Shown piece by piece: positions 53,024-64,000 of a stretch of 64,000 nucleotides of DNA (position 1 is its first letter; every line of letters starts with the position of its first letter). The notes below the pieces were generated by a model, which saw only the letters and a list, made by a program, of their open reading frames with translations, was not told the origin of the DNA and did not search any database. The translations under genes were made by a program, and so were the position numbers. The DNA comes from the human T2T-CHM13v2.0 reference genome, Homo sapiens. Location: assembly GCF_009914755.1 (NCBI RefSeq), contig NC_060930.1. One strand, written 5' to 3'.

Positions 53024-55572
53024 TGTAGTATTTGCATGTGTATATTTAGAGCGCATTGAAGCCCACAGTAGAAAAGGAAATAACTTCACCTAAAACCTAG
53101 ACAGAAGCAATCTCAGAAACTACTTTGTGATGTGTACATTCAACTCACAGAGTGGAACTTTCCTCTTTATAGAGCAGTGTTGAAACACTCTTTTTGTAGA
53201 AACTGCAAGTGGATATTTGGACCTCTTTGAGGCCTTCGTTGGAAACGGGATTTCTTCCTATAACCCTAGACAGAAGAATTTTCAGAAACCTCATTGTGAT
53301 GTGTGCGTTCATCTCACAGAGTGGAGTCTTCCGTTTGATAGAGAAGTTTTGAAACCCTGTTCTTGTAGGATTTCCAAGTGGATATTTAGACCACTTTGAA
53401 GCCTATGATAGAAAAGGAAACATCTTCATGGAAAACATAGATAGAATCATCCTCAGAAACAACTTTGTGATGTGTGCGTTGAACTCACCGTCTTTAACCT
53501 TTCTTTTGGTAGAGAAGTTTTGAAACACTCTCTTTGTAAAGTCTACAAGTGGATATTTTGAGCCCTTGGAGGCATTCTTTGGAAAAGGGAATGTCTTCAC
53601 ATAAAAGGCAGACGGAAGTGTTCTCAGAAACTGCTTTGTGATGTCTGTGTTCAACTCACAGAGTTTAACATTTCCTTTGATAGAGCGGTTTAGTAACCCT
53701 CTCTTTGTAGAATTTGGAAGTGTATACTAAGAGCGCTTTGAGGCCTATGGTAGAAAAGGAAATATCTTTCCATAAAAGCTAGACAGAAGCAATCTCAGAA
53801 ACTCCTCTGTGATGTCTGCATTCAACTCACCGAGTGGAACATTCCTCTTGAGAGAGCAGTTTGGAAACACTCTTTCTGTAGAATCAGCTTGTTTGTATTT
53901 GGACCTCCTTGAGGCCTTCGTTGGAAACGGGTTTTCATCTTATAAACCCAGACAGAAGAATTCTCAGAGTCTTCTTTGTGATGTGTGCTTTCAACTCACC
54001 GAGATAAAGATTTCTCTTGATAGAGCAATTTGGAAACACTCTTTTTGTAGAATTTGCAAGGGTACATTGAGAGCGCTTTCAGGCCTATGGTAGAAAAGGG
54101 AATATCTTTCCATAAAAGGTAGACAGAAGCAATCTCAGAAACTACTTTGTGATGTGTGCATTCAACTCACCGAGTGCAACGTTCCTCTTGACCGAGCAGT
54201 TTGGAAACATTGTTTCTGTAGAATCTGCAAGTGGATATTTGGACCTCTTTGAGGCCTTCGTTGGAAACGGGATTTCTTCCTATAAACCCAGACAGAAGAA
54301 TTCTCAGAGACTTCTTTGTGATGTGTGAATTCAACTCACAGTGTGGATCCTTCCTTTTGATAGAGCAGTTTTGAAACCCTGTTTTTGTAGTATTTCCAAG
54401 CGGATATTTGGAACGCCTTGAAGCGTATGGTAGAAAAGGAAATATCTTCCCATAAAACCTAGACAGAACCAATCTCAGAAACGACTTTGTGATGTCTGCA
54501 TTCAAGTCACAGAGTTGAACATTTCTCTTGATAGAGCAGTTTTGAAACCCTCTTTCTGAAGGATCTGCAAGTGGATATTTGGAACTCCTTTGGGTCTTCG
54601 TTGGAAACGGGATTTCTTCGTATAAATCTAGACAGAAGAATTCTCAGAAACTTCCTTGTGATGTGTGCATTCAACTCAGCGAGTGGCACCTTCCTTTGGA
54701 TACAGCAGTTTTGAAACACTGTTTTTGTAGTATTTCCAAGCGGATATTTAGAGCGCCTTGAAGCCTATGCTAGAAATGGAAATATCTCCCAATAAAACCA
54801 AGACGGAAGCAATCTCAGAAACTAATGTGTGATGGCTGCATTCCACACACACGGTGGACCATTTCTCTTGATAGAGCAGTTTTGAAACACTCTTTCTGTA
54901 GAATCTGCAAGTGGATAATTGGACCTCCGAGAGGCCTTCGTTGGAAACGGGATTTCTTCATCTAAACCTACAGAGAAGTATTCTCAGTAACTTCTTCGGA
55001 TGTGTGCATTCGACGCACAGAATGGAACATTCCCTTTGATAGAGCAGTTTTGAGACACCGTTTTTGTAGAATTCCCAAGTGGATATTTAGAGCACTTTGA
55101 AGTCTCTGCTAGAAAAGGAAACATCATCATGTAAAAAGTAGATAGAATCGTTCTCAGAAAGTGCTTAGTGTCGTGTGCGTTCAACTCAGAGTTTAACGTT
55201 TCTTTTGATAGAGCGTTTCTGAAACACCCTTCTTGTAGTAGCTGCAAGTGGATATTTGGACCTATTGGAGGCCTTCTTTGGAAATGGGATTTCTTCATGT
55301 AACTCTAGATTGAAGAATTCTCAGAAACTCCTTTGTGATGTGTGCATTCAATTCAAAGAGTGAAACCTCCCTTTTCACAGAGCAGTTTTGAAACACTGTT
55401 TTTGTAGGATTTCCAAGGGGATATTTATAGCGCATTGAGCCTACGGCGGAAAAAGAAACATCTTCCTATAAAAACTAGAGAGAATACTTCTCAGAATCTG
55501 CTTTGCGATGTGTGCGTTCAACTCACAGAGTAAAACTTTTCTTTTGATAGAGCAGTTTTGAAACACTCTTTT
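53024..55572 (+). repeat. HOR unit U20, 15-mer (S) with 2-bp deletion (2549 bp)
   Basis: Spacing 53217->55766 = 2549; caactcagag instead of caactcacagag near 55187. Confidence 0.97.
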
Positions 55573-58500
55573 TGTAGTATTTGCATGTGTATATTTAGAG
55601 CGCATTGAAGCCCACAGTAGAAAAGGAAATAACTTCACCTAAAACCTAGACAGAAGCAATCTCAGAAACTACTTTGTGATGTGTACATTCAACTCACAGA
55701 GTGGAACTTTCCTCTTTATAGAGCAGTGTTGAAACACTCTTTTTGTAGAAACTGCAAGTGGATATTTGGACCTCTTTGAGGCCTTCGTTGGAAACGGGAT
55801 TTCTTCCTATAACCCTAGACAGAAGAATTTTCAGAAACCTCATTGTGATGTGTGCGTTCATCTCACAGAGTGGAGTCTTCCGTTTGATAGAGAAGTTTTG
55901 AAACCCTGTTCTTGTAGGATTTCCAAGTGGATATTTAGACCACTTTGAAGCCTATGATAGAAAAGGAAACATCTTCATGGAAAACATAGATAGAATCATC
56001 CTCAGAAACAACTTTGTGATGTGTGCGTTGAACTCACCGTCTTTAACCTTTCTTTTGGTAGAGAAGTTTTGAAACACTCTCTTTGTAAAGTCAACAAGTG
56101 GATATTTTGAGCCCTTGGAGGCATTCTTTGGAAAAGGGAATGTCTTCACATAAAAGGCAGACGGAAGTGTTCTCAGAAACTGCTTTGTGATGTCTGTGTT
56201 CAACTCACAGAGTTTAACATTTCCTTTGATAGAGCGGTTTAGTAACCCTCTCTTTGTAGAATTTGGAAGTGTATACTAAGAGCGCTTTGAGGCCTATGGT
56301 AGAAAAGGAAATATCTTTCCATAAAAGCTAGACAGAAGCAATCTCAGAAACTCCTTTGCGATGTCTGCATTCAACTCACCGAGTGGAACATTCCTCTTGA
56401 GAGAGCAGTTTGGAAACACTCTTTCTGTAGAATCAGCTTGTTTGTATTTGGACCTCCTTGAGGCCTTCGTTGGAAACGGGTTTTCATCTTATAAACCCAG
56501 ACAGAAGAATTCTCAGAGTCTTCTTTGTGATGTGTGCTTTCAACTCACCGAGATAAAGATTTCTCTTGATAGAGCAATTTGGAAACACTCTTTTTGTAGA
56601 ATTTGCAAGGGTACATTGAGAGCGCTTTCAGGCCTATGGTAGAAAAGGGAATATCTTTCCATAAAAGGTAGACAGAAGCAATCTCAGAAACTACTTTGTG
56701 ATGTGTGCATTCAACTCACCGAGTGCAACGTTCCTCTTGACCGAGCAGTTTGGAAACATTGTTTCTGTAGAATCTGCAAGTGGATATTTGGACCTCTTTG
56801 AGGCCTTCGTTGGAAACGGGATTTCTTCCTATAAACCCAGACAGAAGAATTCTCAGAGACTTCTTTGTGATGTGTGAATTCAACTCACAGTGTGGATCCT
56901 TCCTTTTGATAGAGCAGTTTTGAAACCCTGTTTTTGTAGTATTTCCAAGCGGATATTTGGAACGCCTTGAAGCGTATGGTAGAAAAGGAAATATCTTCCC
57001 ATAAAACCTAGACAGAACCAATCTCAGAAACGACTTTGTGATGTCTGCATTCAACTCACAGAGTTGAACATTTCTCTTGATAGAGCAGTTTTGAAACCCT
57101 CTTTCTGAAGGATCTGCAAGTGGATATTTGGAACTCCTTTGGGTCTTCGTTGGAAACGGGATTTCTTCGTATAAATCTAGACAGAAGAATTCTCCGAAAC
57201 TTCTTTGGTTGTGTGCATTCAAGTCACAGAGTGGAACCTTCCTTTGGATAGAGCAGTTTGAAACGCCGTGGTTGTAGTATTTCCAAGCGGATATTAGAGC
57301 GCCTTGAGGCCTATGGTAGAAAAGGAAATATCTTCCCATAAAACCTAGACGGAAGCAATCTCAGAAACTACTGTGTGATGGCTGCATTCCACACACACGG
57401 TGGAACATTTCTCTTGATAGAGCAGTTTTGAAACACTCTTTCTGTAGAATCTGCAAGTGGATAATTGGACCGCCTTGAGGCCTTCGTTGGAAACGGGATT
57501 TCTTCATGTTACTCTAGATAGAAGAATTCTCAAACACTGCTATGTGATGTTTGCATTCAAGTCACAGAGTGCAACATTCCTCTTGGTAGAGCAGTTGGGA
57601 AACACTCCTTTTGTAGAATCTGCAATGGGATATTTGGACTTCTTTGAGGCCTTCGTTGGAAACGGGATTTCTTCGTATGAATCTAGACAGAAGAATTCTC
57701 AGAAACTTCCTTGTGATGTGTGCATTCAACTCAGCGAGTGGCACCTTCCTTTGGATACAGCAGTTTTGAAACACTGTTTTTGTAGTATTTCCAAGCGGAT
57801 ATTTAGAGCGCCTTGAAGCCTATGCTAGAAATGGAAATATCTCCCCATAAAACCAAGACAGAAGCAATCTCAGAAACTAATGTGTGATGGCTGCATTCCA
57901 CACACACGGTGGACCATTTCTCTTGATAGAGCAGTTTTGAAACACTCTTTCTGTAGAATCTGCAAGTGGATAATTGGACCTCCTAGAGGCCTTCGTTGGA
58001 AACGGGATTTCTTCATCTAAACCTACAGAGAAGAATTCTCAGTAACTTCTTCGGATGTGTGCATTCGACGCACAGAATGGAACATTCCCTTTGATAGAGC
58101 AGTTTTGAGACACCGTTTTTGTAGAATTCCCAAGTGGATATTTAGAGCACTTTGAAGTCTCTGCTAGAAAAGGAAACATCTTCATGTAAAAAGTAGATAG
58201 AATCGTTCTCAGAAAGTGCTTAGTGACGTGTGCGTTCAACTCACAGAGTTTAACGTTTCTTTTGATAGAGCGTTTCTGAAACACCCTTCTTGTAGTAGCT
58301 GCAAGTGGATATTTGGACCTATTGGAGGCCTTCTTTGGAAATGGGATTTCTTCATGTAACTCTAGATTGAAGAGTTCTCAGAAACTCCTTTGTGATGTGT
58401 GCATTCAATTCAAAGAGTGAAACCTCCCTTTTCACAGAGCAGTTTTGAAACACTGTTTTTGTAGGATTTCCAAGGGGATATTTATAGCGCATTGAGCCTA

Positions 58501-58629
58501 CGGCGGAAAAAGAAACATCTTCCTATAAAAACTAGACAGAATACTTCTCAGAATCTGCTTTGCGATGTGTGCGTTCAACTCACAGAGTAAAACTTTTCTT
58601 TTGATAGAGCAGTTTTGAAACACTCTTTT
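55573..58629 (+). repeat. HOR unit U21, 18-mer (L)
   Basis: Spacing 55766->58823 = 3057. Confidence 0.97.
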
Positions 58630-61180
58630 TGTAGTATTTGCATGTGTATATTTAGAGCGCATTGAAGCCCACAGTAGAAAAGGAAATAACTTCACCTAAA
58701 ACCTAGACAGAAGCAATCTCAGAAACTACTTTGTGATGTGTACATTCAACTCACAGAGTGGAACTTTCCTCTTTATAGAGCAGTGTTGAAACACTCTTTT
58801 TGTAGAAACTGCAAGTGGATATTTGGACCTCTTTGAGGCCTTCGTTGGAAACGGGATTTCTTCCTATAACCCTAGACAGAAGAATTTTCAGAAACCTCAT
58901 TGTGATGTGTGCGTTCATCTCACAGAGTGGAGTCTTCCGTTTGATAGAGAAGTTTTGAAACCCTGTTCTTGTAGGATTTCCAAGTGGATATTTAGACCAC
59001 TTTGAAGCCTATGATAGAAAAGGAAACATCTTCATGGAAAACATAGATAGAATCATCCTCAGAAACAACTTTGTGATGTGTGCGTTGAACTCACCGTCTT
59101 TAACCTTTCTTTTGGTAGAGAAGTTTTGAAACACTCTCTTTGTAAAGTCTACAAGTGGATATTTTGAGCCCTTGGAGGCATTCTTTGGAAAAGGGAATGT
59201 CTTCACATAAAAGGCAGACGGAAGTGTTCTCAGAAACTGCTTTGTGATGTCTGTGTTCAACTCACAGAGTTTAACATTTCCTTTGATAGAGCGGTTTAGT
59301 AACCCTCTCTTTGTAGAATTTGGAAGTGTATACTAAGAGCGCTTTGAGGCCTATGGTAGAAAAGGAAATATCTTTCCATAAAAGCTAGACAGAAGCAATC
59401 TCAGAAACTCCTCTGTGATGTCTGCATTCAACTCACCGAGTGGAACATTCCTCTTGAGAGAGCAGTTTGGAAACACTCTTTCTGTAGAATCAGCTTGTTT
59501 GTATTTGGACCTCCTTGAGGCCTTCGTTGGAAACGGGTTTTCATCTTATAAACCCAGACAGAAGAATTCTCAGAGTCTTCTTTGTGATGTGTGCTTTCAA
59601 CTCACCGAGATAAAGATTTCTCTTGATAGAGCAATTTGGAAACACTCTTTTTGTAGAATTTGCAAGGGTACATTGAGAGCGCTTTCAGGCCTATGGTAGA
59701 AAAGGGAATATCTTTCCATAAAAGGTAGACAGAAGCAATCTCAGAAACTACTTTGTGATGTGTGCATTCAACTCACCGAGTGCAACGTTCCTCTTGACCG
59801 AGCAGTTTGGAAACATTGTTTCTGTAGAATCTGCAAGTGGATATTTGGACCTCTTTGAGGCCTTCGTTGGAAACGGGATTTCTTCCTATAAACCCAGACA
59901 GAAGAATTCTCAGAGACTTCTTTGTGATGTGTGAATTCAACTCACAGTGTGGATCCTTCCTTTTGATAGAGCAGTTTTGAAACCCTGTTTTTGTAGTATT
60001 TCCAAGCGGATATTTGGAACGCCTTGAAGCGTATGGTAGAAAAGGAAATATCTTCCCATAAAACCTAGACAGAACCAATCTCAGAAACGACTTTGTGATG
60101 TCTGCATTCAAGTCACAGAGTTGAACATTTCTCTTGATAGAGCAGTTTTGAAACCCTCTTTCTGAAGGATCTGCAAGTGGATATTTGGAACTCCTTTGGG
60201 TCTTCGTTGGAAACGGGATTTCTTCGTATAAATCTAGACAGAAGAATTCTCAGAAACTTCCTTGTGATGTGTGCATTCAACTCAGCGAGTGGCACCTTCC
60301 TTTGGATACAGCAGTTTTGAAACACTGTTTTTGTAGTATTTCCAAGCGGATATTTAGAGCGCCTTGAAGCCTATGCTAGAAATGGAAATATCTCCCCATA
60401 AAACCAAGACGGAAGCAATCTCAGAAACTAATGTGTGATGGCTGCATTCCACACACACGGTGGACCATTTCTCTTGATAGAGCAGTTTTGAAACACTCTT
60501 TCTGTAGAATCTGCAAGTGGATAATTGGACCTCCGAGAGGCCTTCGTTGGAAACGGGATTTCTTCATCTAAACCTACAGAGAAGTATTCTCAGTAACTTC
60601 TTCGGATGTGTGCATTCGACGCACAGAATGGAACATTCCCTTTGATAGAGCAGTTTTGAGACACCGTTTTTGTAGAATTCCCAAGTGGATATTTAGAGCA
60701 CTTTGAAGTCTCTGCTAGAAAAGGAAACATCATCATGTAAAAAGTAGATAGAATCGTTCTCAGAAAGTGCTTAGTGTCGTGTGCGTTCAACTCACAGAGT
60801 TTAACGTTTCTTTTGATAGAGCGTTTCTGAAACACCCTTCTTGTAGTAGCTGCAAGTGGATATTTGGACCTATTTTAGGCCTTCTTTGGAAATGGGATTT
60901 CTTCATGTAACTCTAGATTGAAGAATTCTCAGAAACTCCTTTGTGATGTGTGCATTCAATTCAAAGAGTGAAACCTCCCTTTTCACAGAGCAGTTTTGAA
61001 ACACTGTTTTTGTAGGATTTCCAAGGGGATATTTATAGCGCATTGAGCCTACGGCGGAAAAAGAAACATCTTCCTATAAAAACTAGAGAGAATACTTCTC
61101 AGAATCTGCTTTGCGATGTGTGCGTTCAACTCACAGAGTAAAACTTTTCTTTTGATAGAGCAGTTTTGAAACACTCTTTT
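58630..61180 (+). repeat. HOR unit U22, 15-mer (S)
   Basis: Spacing 58823->61374 = 2551. Confidence 0.97.
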
Positions 61181-64000
61181 TGTAGTATTTGCATGTGTAT
61201 ATTTAGAGCGCATTGAAGCCCACAGTAGAAAAGGAAATAACTTCACCTAAAACCTAGACAGAAGCAATCTCAGAAACTACTTTGTGATGTGTACATTCAA
61301 CTCACAGAGTGGAACTTTCCTCTTTATAGAGCAGTGTTGAAACACTCTTTTTGTAGAAACTGCAAGTGGATATTTGGACCTCTTTGAGGCCTTCGTTGGA
61401 AACGGGATTTCTTCCTATAACCCTAGACAGAAGAATTTTCAGAAACCTCATTGTGATGTGTGCGTTCATCTCACAGAGTGGAGTCTTCCGTTTGATAGAG
61501 AAGTTTTGAAACCCTGTTCTTGTAGGATTTCCAAGTGGATATTTAGACCACTTTGAAGCCTATGATAGAAAAGGAAACATCTTCATGGAAAACATAGATA
61601 GAATCATCCTCAGAAACAACTTTGTGATGTGTGCGTTGAACTCACCGTCTTTAACCTTTCTTTTGGTAGAGAAGTTTTGAAACACTCTCTTTGTAAAGTC
61701 TACAAGTGGATATTTTGAGCCCTTGGAGGCATTCTTTGGAAAAGGGAATGTCTTCACATAAAAGGCAGACGGAAGTGTTCTCAGAAACTGCTTTGTGATG
61801 TCTGTGTTCAACTCACAGAGTTTAACATTTCCTTTGATAGAGCGGTTTAGTAACCCTCTCTTTGTAGAATTTGGAAGTGTATACTAAGAGCGCTTTGAGG
61901 CCTATGGTAGAAAAGGAAATATCTTTCCATAAAAGCTAGACAGAAGCAATCTCAGAAACTCCTTTGCGATGTCTGCATTCAACTCACCGAGTGGAACATT
62001 CCTCTTGAGAGAGCAGTTTGGAAACACTCTTTCTGTAGAATCAGCTTGTTTGTATTTGGACCTCCTTGAGGCCTTCGTTGGAAACGGGTTTTCATCTTAT
62101 AAACCCAGACAGAAGAATTCTCAGAGTCTTCTTTGTGATGTGTGCTTTCAACTCACCGAGATAAAGATTTCTCTTGATAGAGCAATTTGGAAACACTCTT
62201 TTTGTAGAATTTGCAAGGGTACATTGAGAGCGCTTTCAGGCCTATGGTAGAAAAGGGAATATCTTTCCATAAAAGGTAGACAGAAGCAATCTCAGAAACT
62301 ACTTTGTGATGTGTGCATTCAACTCACCGAGTGCAACGTTCCTCTTGACCGAGCAGTTTGGAAACATTGTTTCTGTAGAATCTGCAAGTGGATATTTGGA
62401 CCTCTTTGAGGCCTTCGTTGGAAACGGGATTTCTTCCTATAAACCCAGACAGAAGAATTCTCAGAGACTTCTTTGTGATGTGTGAATTCAACTCACAGTG
62501 TGGATCCTTCCTTTTGATAGAGCAGTTTTGAAACCCTGTTTTTGTAGTATTTCCAAGCGGATATTTGGAACGCCTTGAAGCGTATGGTAGAAAAGGAAAT
62601 ATCTTCCCATAAAACCTAGACAGAACCAATCTCAGAAACGACTTTGTGATGTCTGCATTCAAGTCACAGAGTTGAACATTTCTCTTGATAGAGCAGTTTT
62701 GAAACCCTCTTTCTGAAGGATCTGCAAGTGGATATTTGGAACTCCTTTGGGTCTTCGTTGGAAACGGGATTTCTTCGTATAAATCTAGACAGAAGAATTC
62801 TCCGAAACTTCTTTGGTTGTGTGCATTCAAGTCACAGAGTGGAACCTTCCTTTGGATAGAGCAGTTTGAAACGCCGTGGTTGTAGTATTTCCAAGCGGAT
62901 ATTAGAGCGCCTTGAGGCCTATGGTAGAAAAGGAAATATCTTCCCATAAAACCTAGACGGAAGCAATCTCAGAAACTACTGTGTGATGGCTGCATTCCAC
63001 ACACACGGTGGAACATTTCTCTTGATAGAGCAGTTTTGAAACACTCTTTCTGTAGAATCTGCAAGTGGATAATTGGACCGCCTTGAGGCCTTCGTTGGAA
63101 ACGGGATTTCTTCATGTTACTCTAGATAGAAGAATTCTCAAACACTGCTATGTGATGTTTGCATTCAAGTCACAGAGTGCAACATTCCTCTTGGTAGAGC
63201 AGTTGGGAAACACTCCTTTTGTAGAATCTGCAATGGGATATTTGGACTTCTTTGAGGCCTTCGTTGGAAACGGGATTTCTTCGTATGAATCTAGACAGAA
63301 GAATTCTCAGAAACTTCCTTGTGATGTGTGCATTCAACTCAGCGAGTGGCACCTTCCTTTGGATACAGCAGTTTTGAAACACTGTTTTTGTAGTATTTCC
63401 AAGCGGATATTTAGAGCGCCTTGAAGCCTATGCTAGAAATGGAAATATCTCCCCATAAAACCAAGACAGAAGCAATCTCAGAAACTAATGTGTGATGGCT
63501 GCATTCCACACACACGGTGGACCATTTCTCTTGATAGAGCAGTTTTGAAACACTCTTTCTGTAGAATCTGCAAGTGGATAATTGGACCTCCTAGAGGCCT
63601 TCGTTGGAAACGGGGTTTCTTCATCTAAACCTACAGAGAAGAATTCTCAGTAACTTCTTCGGATGTGTGCATTCGACGCACAGAATGGAACATTCCCTTT
63701 GATAGAGCAGTTTTGAGACACCGTTTTTGTAGAATTCCCAAGTGGATATTTAGAGCACTTTGAAGTCTCTGCTAGAAAAGGAAACATCTTCATGTAAAAA
63801 GTAGATAGAATCGTTCTCAGAAAGTGCTTAGTGACGTGTGCGTTCAACTCACAGAGTTTAACGTTTCTTTTGATAGAGCGTTTCTGAAACACCCTTCTTG
63901 TAGTAGCTGCAAGTGGATATTTGGACCTATTGGAGGCCTTCTTTGGAAACGGGATTTCTTCATGTAACTCTAGATTGAAGAATTCTCAGAAACTCCTTTG
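61181..64000 (+). repeat. HOR unit U23, 18-mer (L), truncated by window end
   Basis: Contains the 506-bp L-specific segment (tccgaaacttctttgg at 62801). Confidence 0.96.

Larger units (their letters stand above)
1..64000 (+). repeat. Centromeric alpha-satellite higher-order repeat array, probably human chr6 D6Z1 (suprachromosomal family 1, S1C6H1L), mixed 18-mer and 15-mer HORs
   Basis: ~170-bp monomers with alphoid motifs (ctcagaaact...tttgtgatgtgtgcattcaactcacagag...gatagagcagttttgaaacact...tgtagaatctgcaagtggatatttgg) and CENP-B boxes CTTCGTTGGAAACGGGA. The marker ORF recurs at 194, 3251, 5802, 8859... with spacings of only 3057, 2551 (once 2549). Confidence refers to the alpha-satellite HOR call; the D6Z1 assignment (about 0.85) rests on the known ~3-kb BamHI 18-mer of chr6. 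Confidence 0.99.

Noticed and set aside
2365-56093. Isolated private SNVs (2365, 28130, 28631, 41337, 54791, 56093)
   Set aside because: Ordinary background variation or possible consensus errors; useful only as mapping markers.
63599-63615. CENP-B box variant ...cgggg in U23
   Set aside because: The change is at the non-essential last position, and the core is intact.
194-63892. Numerous 60-207 aa ORFs on both strands
   Set aside because: They are translations of alpha-satellite monomers recurring with the HOR period, many with non-ATG starts, overlapping on both strands and with no recognisable domain. Not evidence of genes.
1-64000. Possible transposon insertion, inversion or non-satellite island
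   Set aside because: Unit lengths account for the whole window (only 3057, 2551 and 2549 bp spacings), and orientation is constant.
1-64000. L/S order as a code or Fibonacci/Thue-Morse-like quasi-periodic pattern
   Set aside because: The order contains both LL and SSS, which fits neither sequence. The breaks are better explained by recombinant units.

Overview
The whole 64 kb window is one uninterrupted, single-orientation array of primate centromeric alpha-satellite (~170-bp monomers with CENP-B boxes). It has no credible genes, and all listed ORFs are repeat artefacts. It is organised as higher-order repeats (HORs) of two lengths: an 18-monomer 3057-bp unit (L) and a 15-monomer 2551-bp unit (S) lacking a fixed 506 bp. 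The 3057-bp 18-mer with one BamHI site per unit and dimeric A/B structure best fits the active human chromosome 6 array D6Z1 (S1C6H1L); this is recalled knowledge, not a database search. With phase fixed at base 1, the order is L S L S L L S L S S L S L S S S L S L S L S L(partial): 11 L and 12 S. What is interesting is array architecture, not a new gene system. There is a 5608-bp L+S (33-monomer) super-repeat with class-linked SNVs. Chimeric units occur where the alternation breaks. The deletion lies in near-identical sequence beside a CENP-B box, collapses an old internal duplication and removes the only B-B monomer adjacency. There is also a 2-kb divergent patch and rare variants shared over 17-39 kb. 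SNVs were read by eye and need alignment confirmation.
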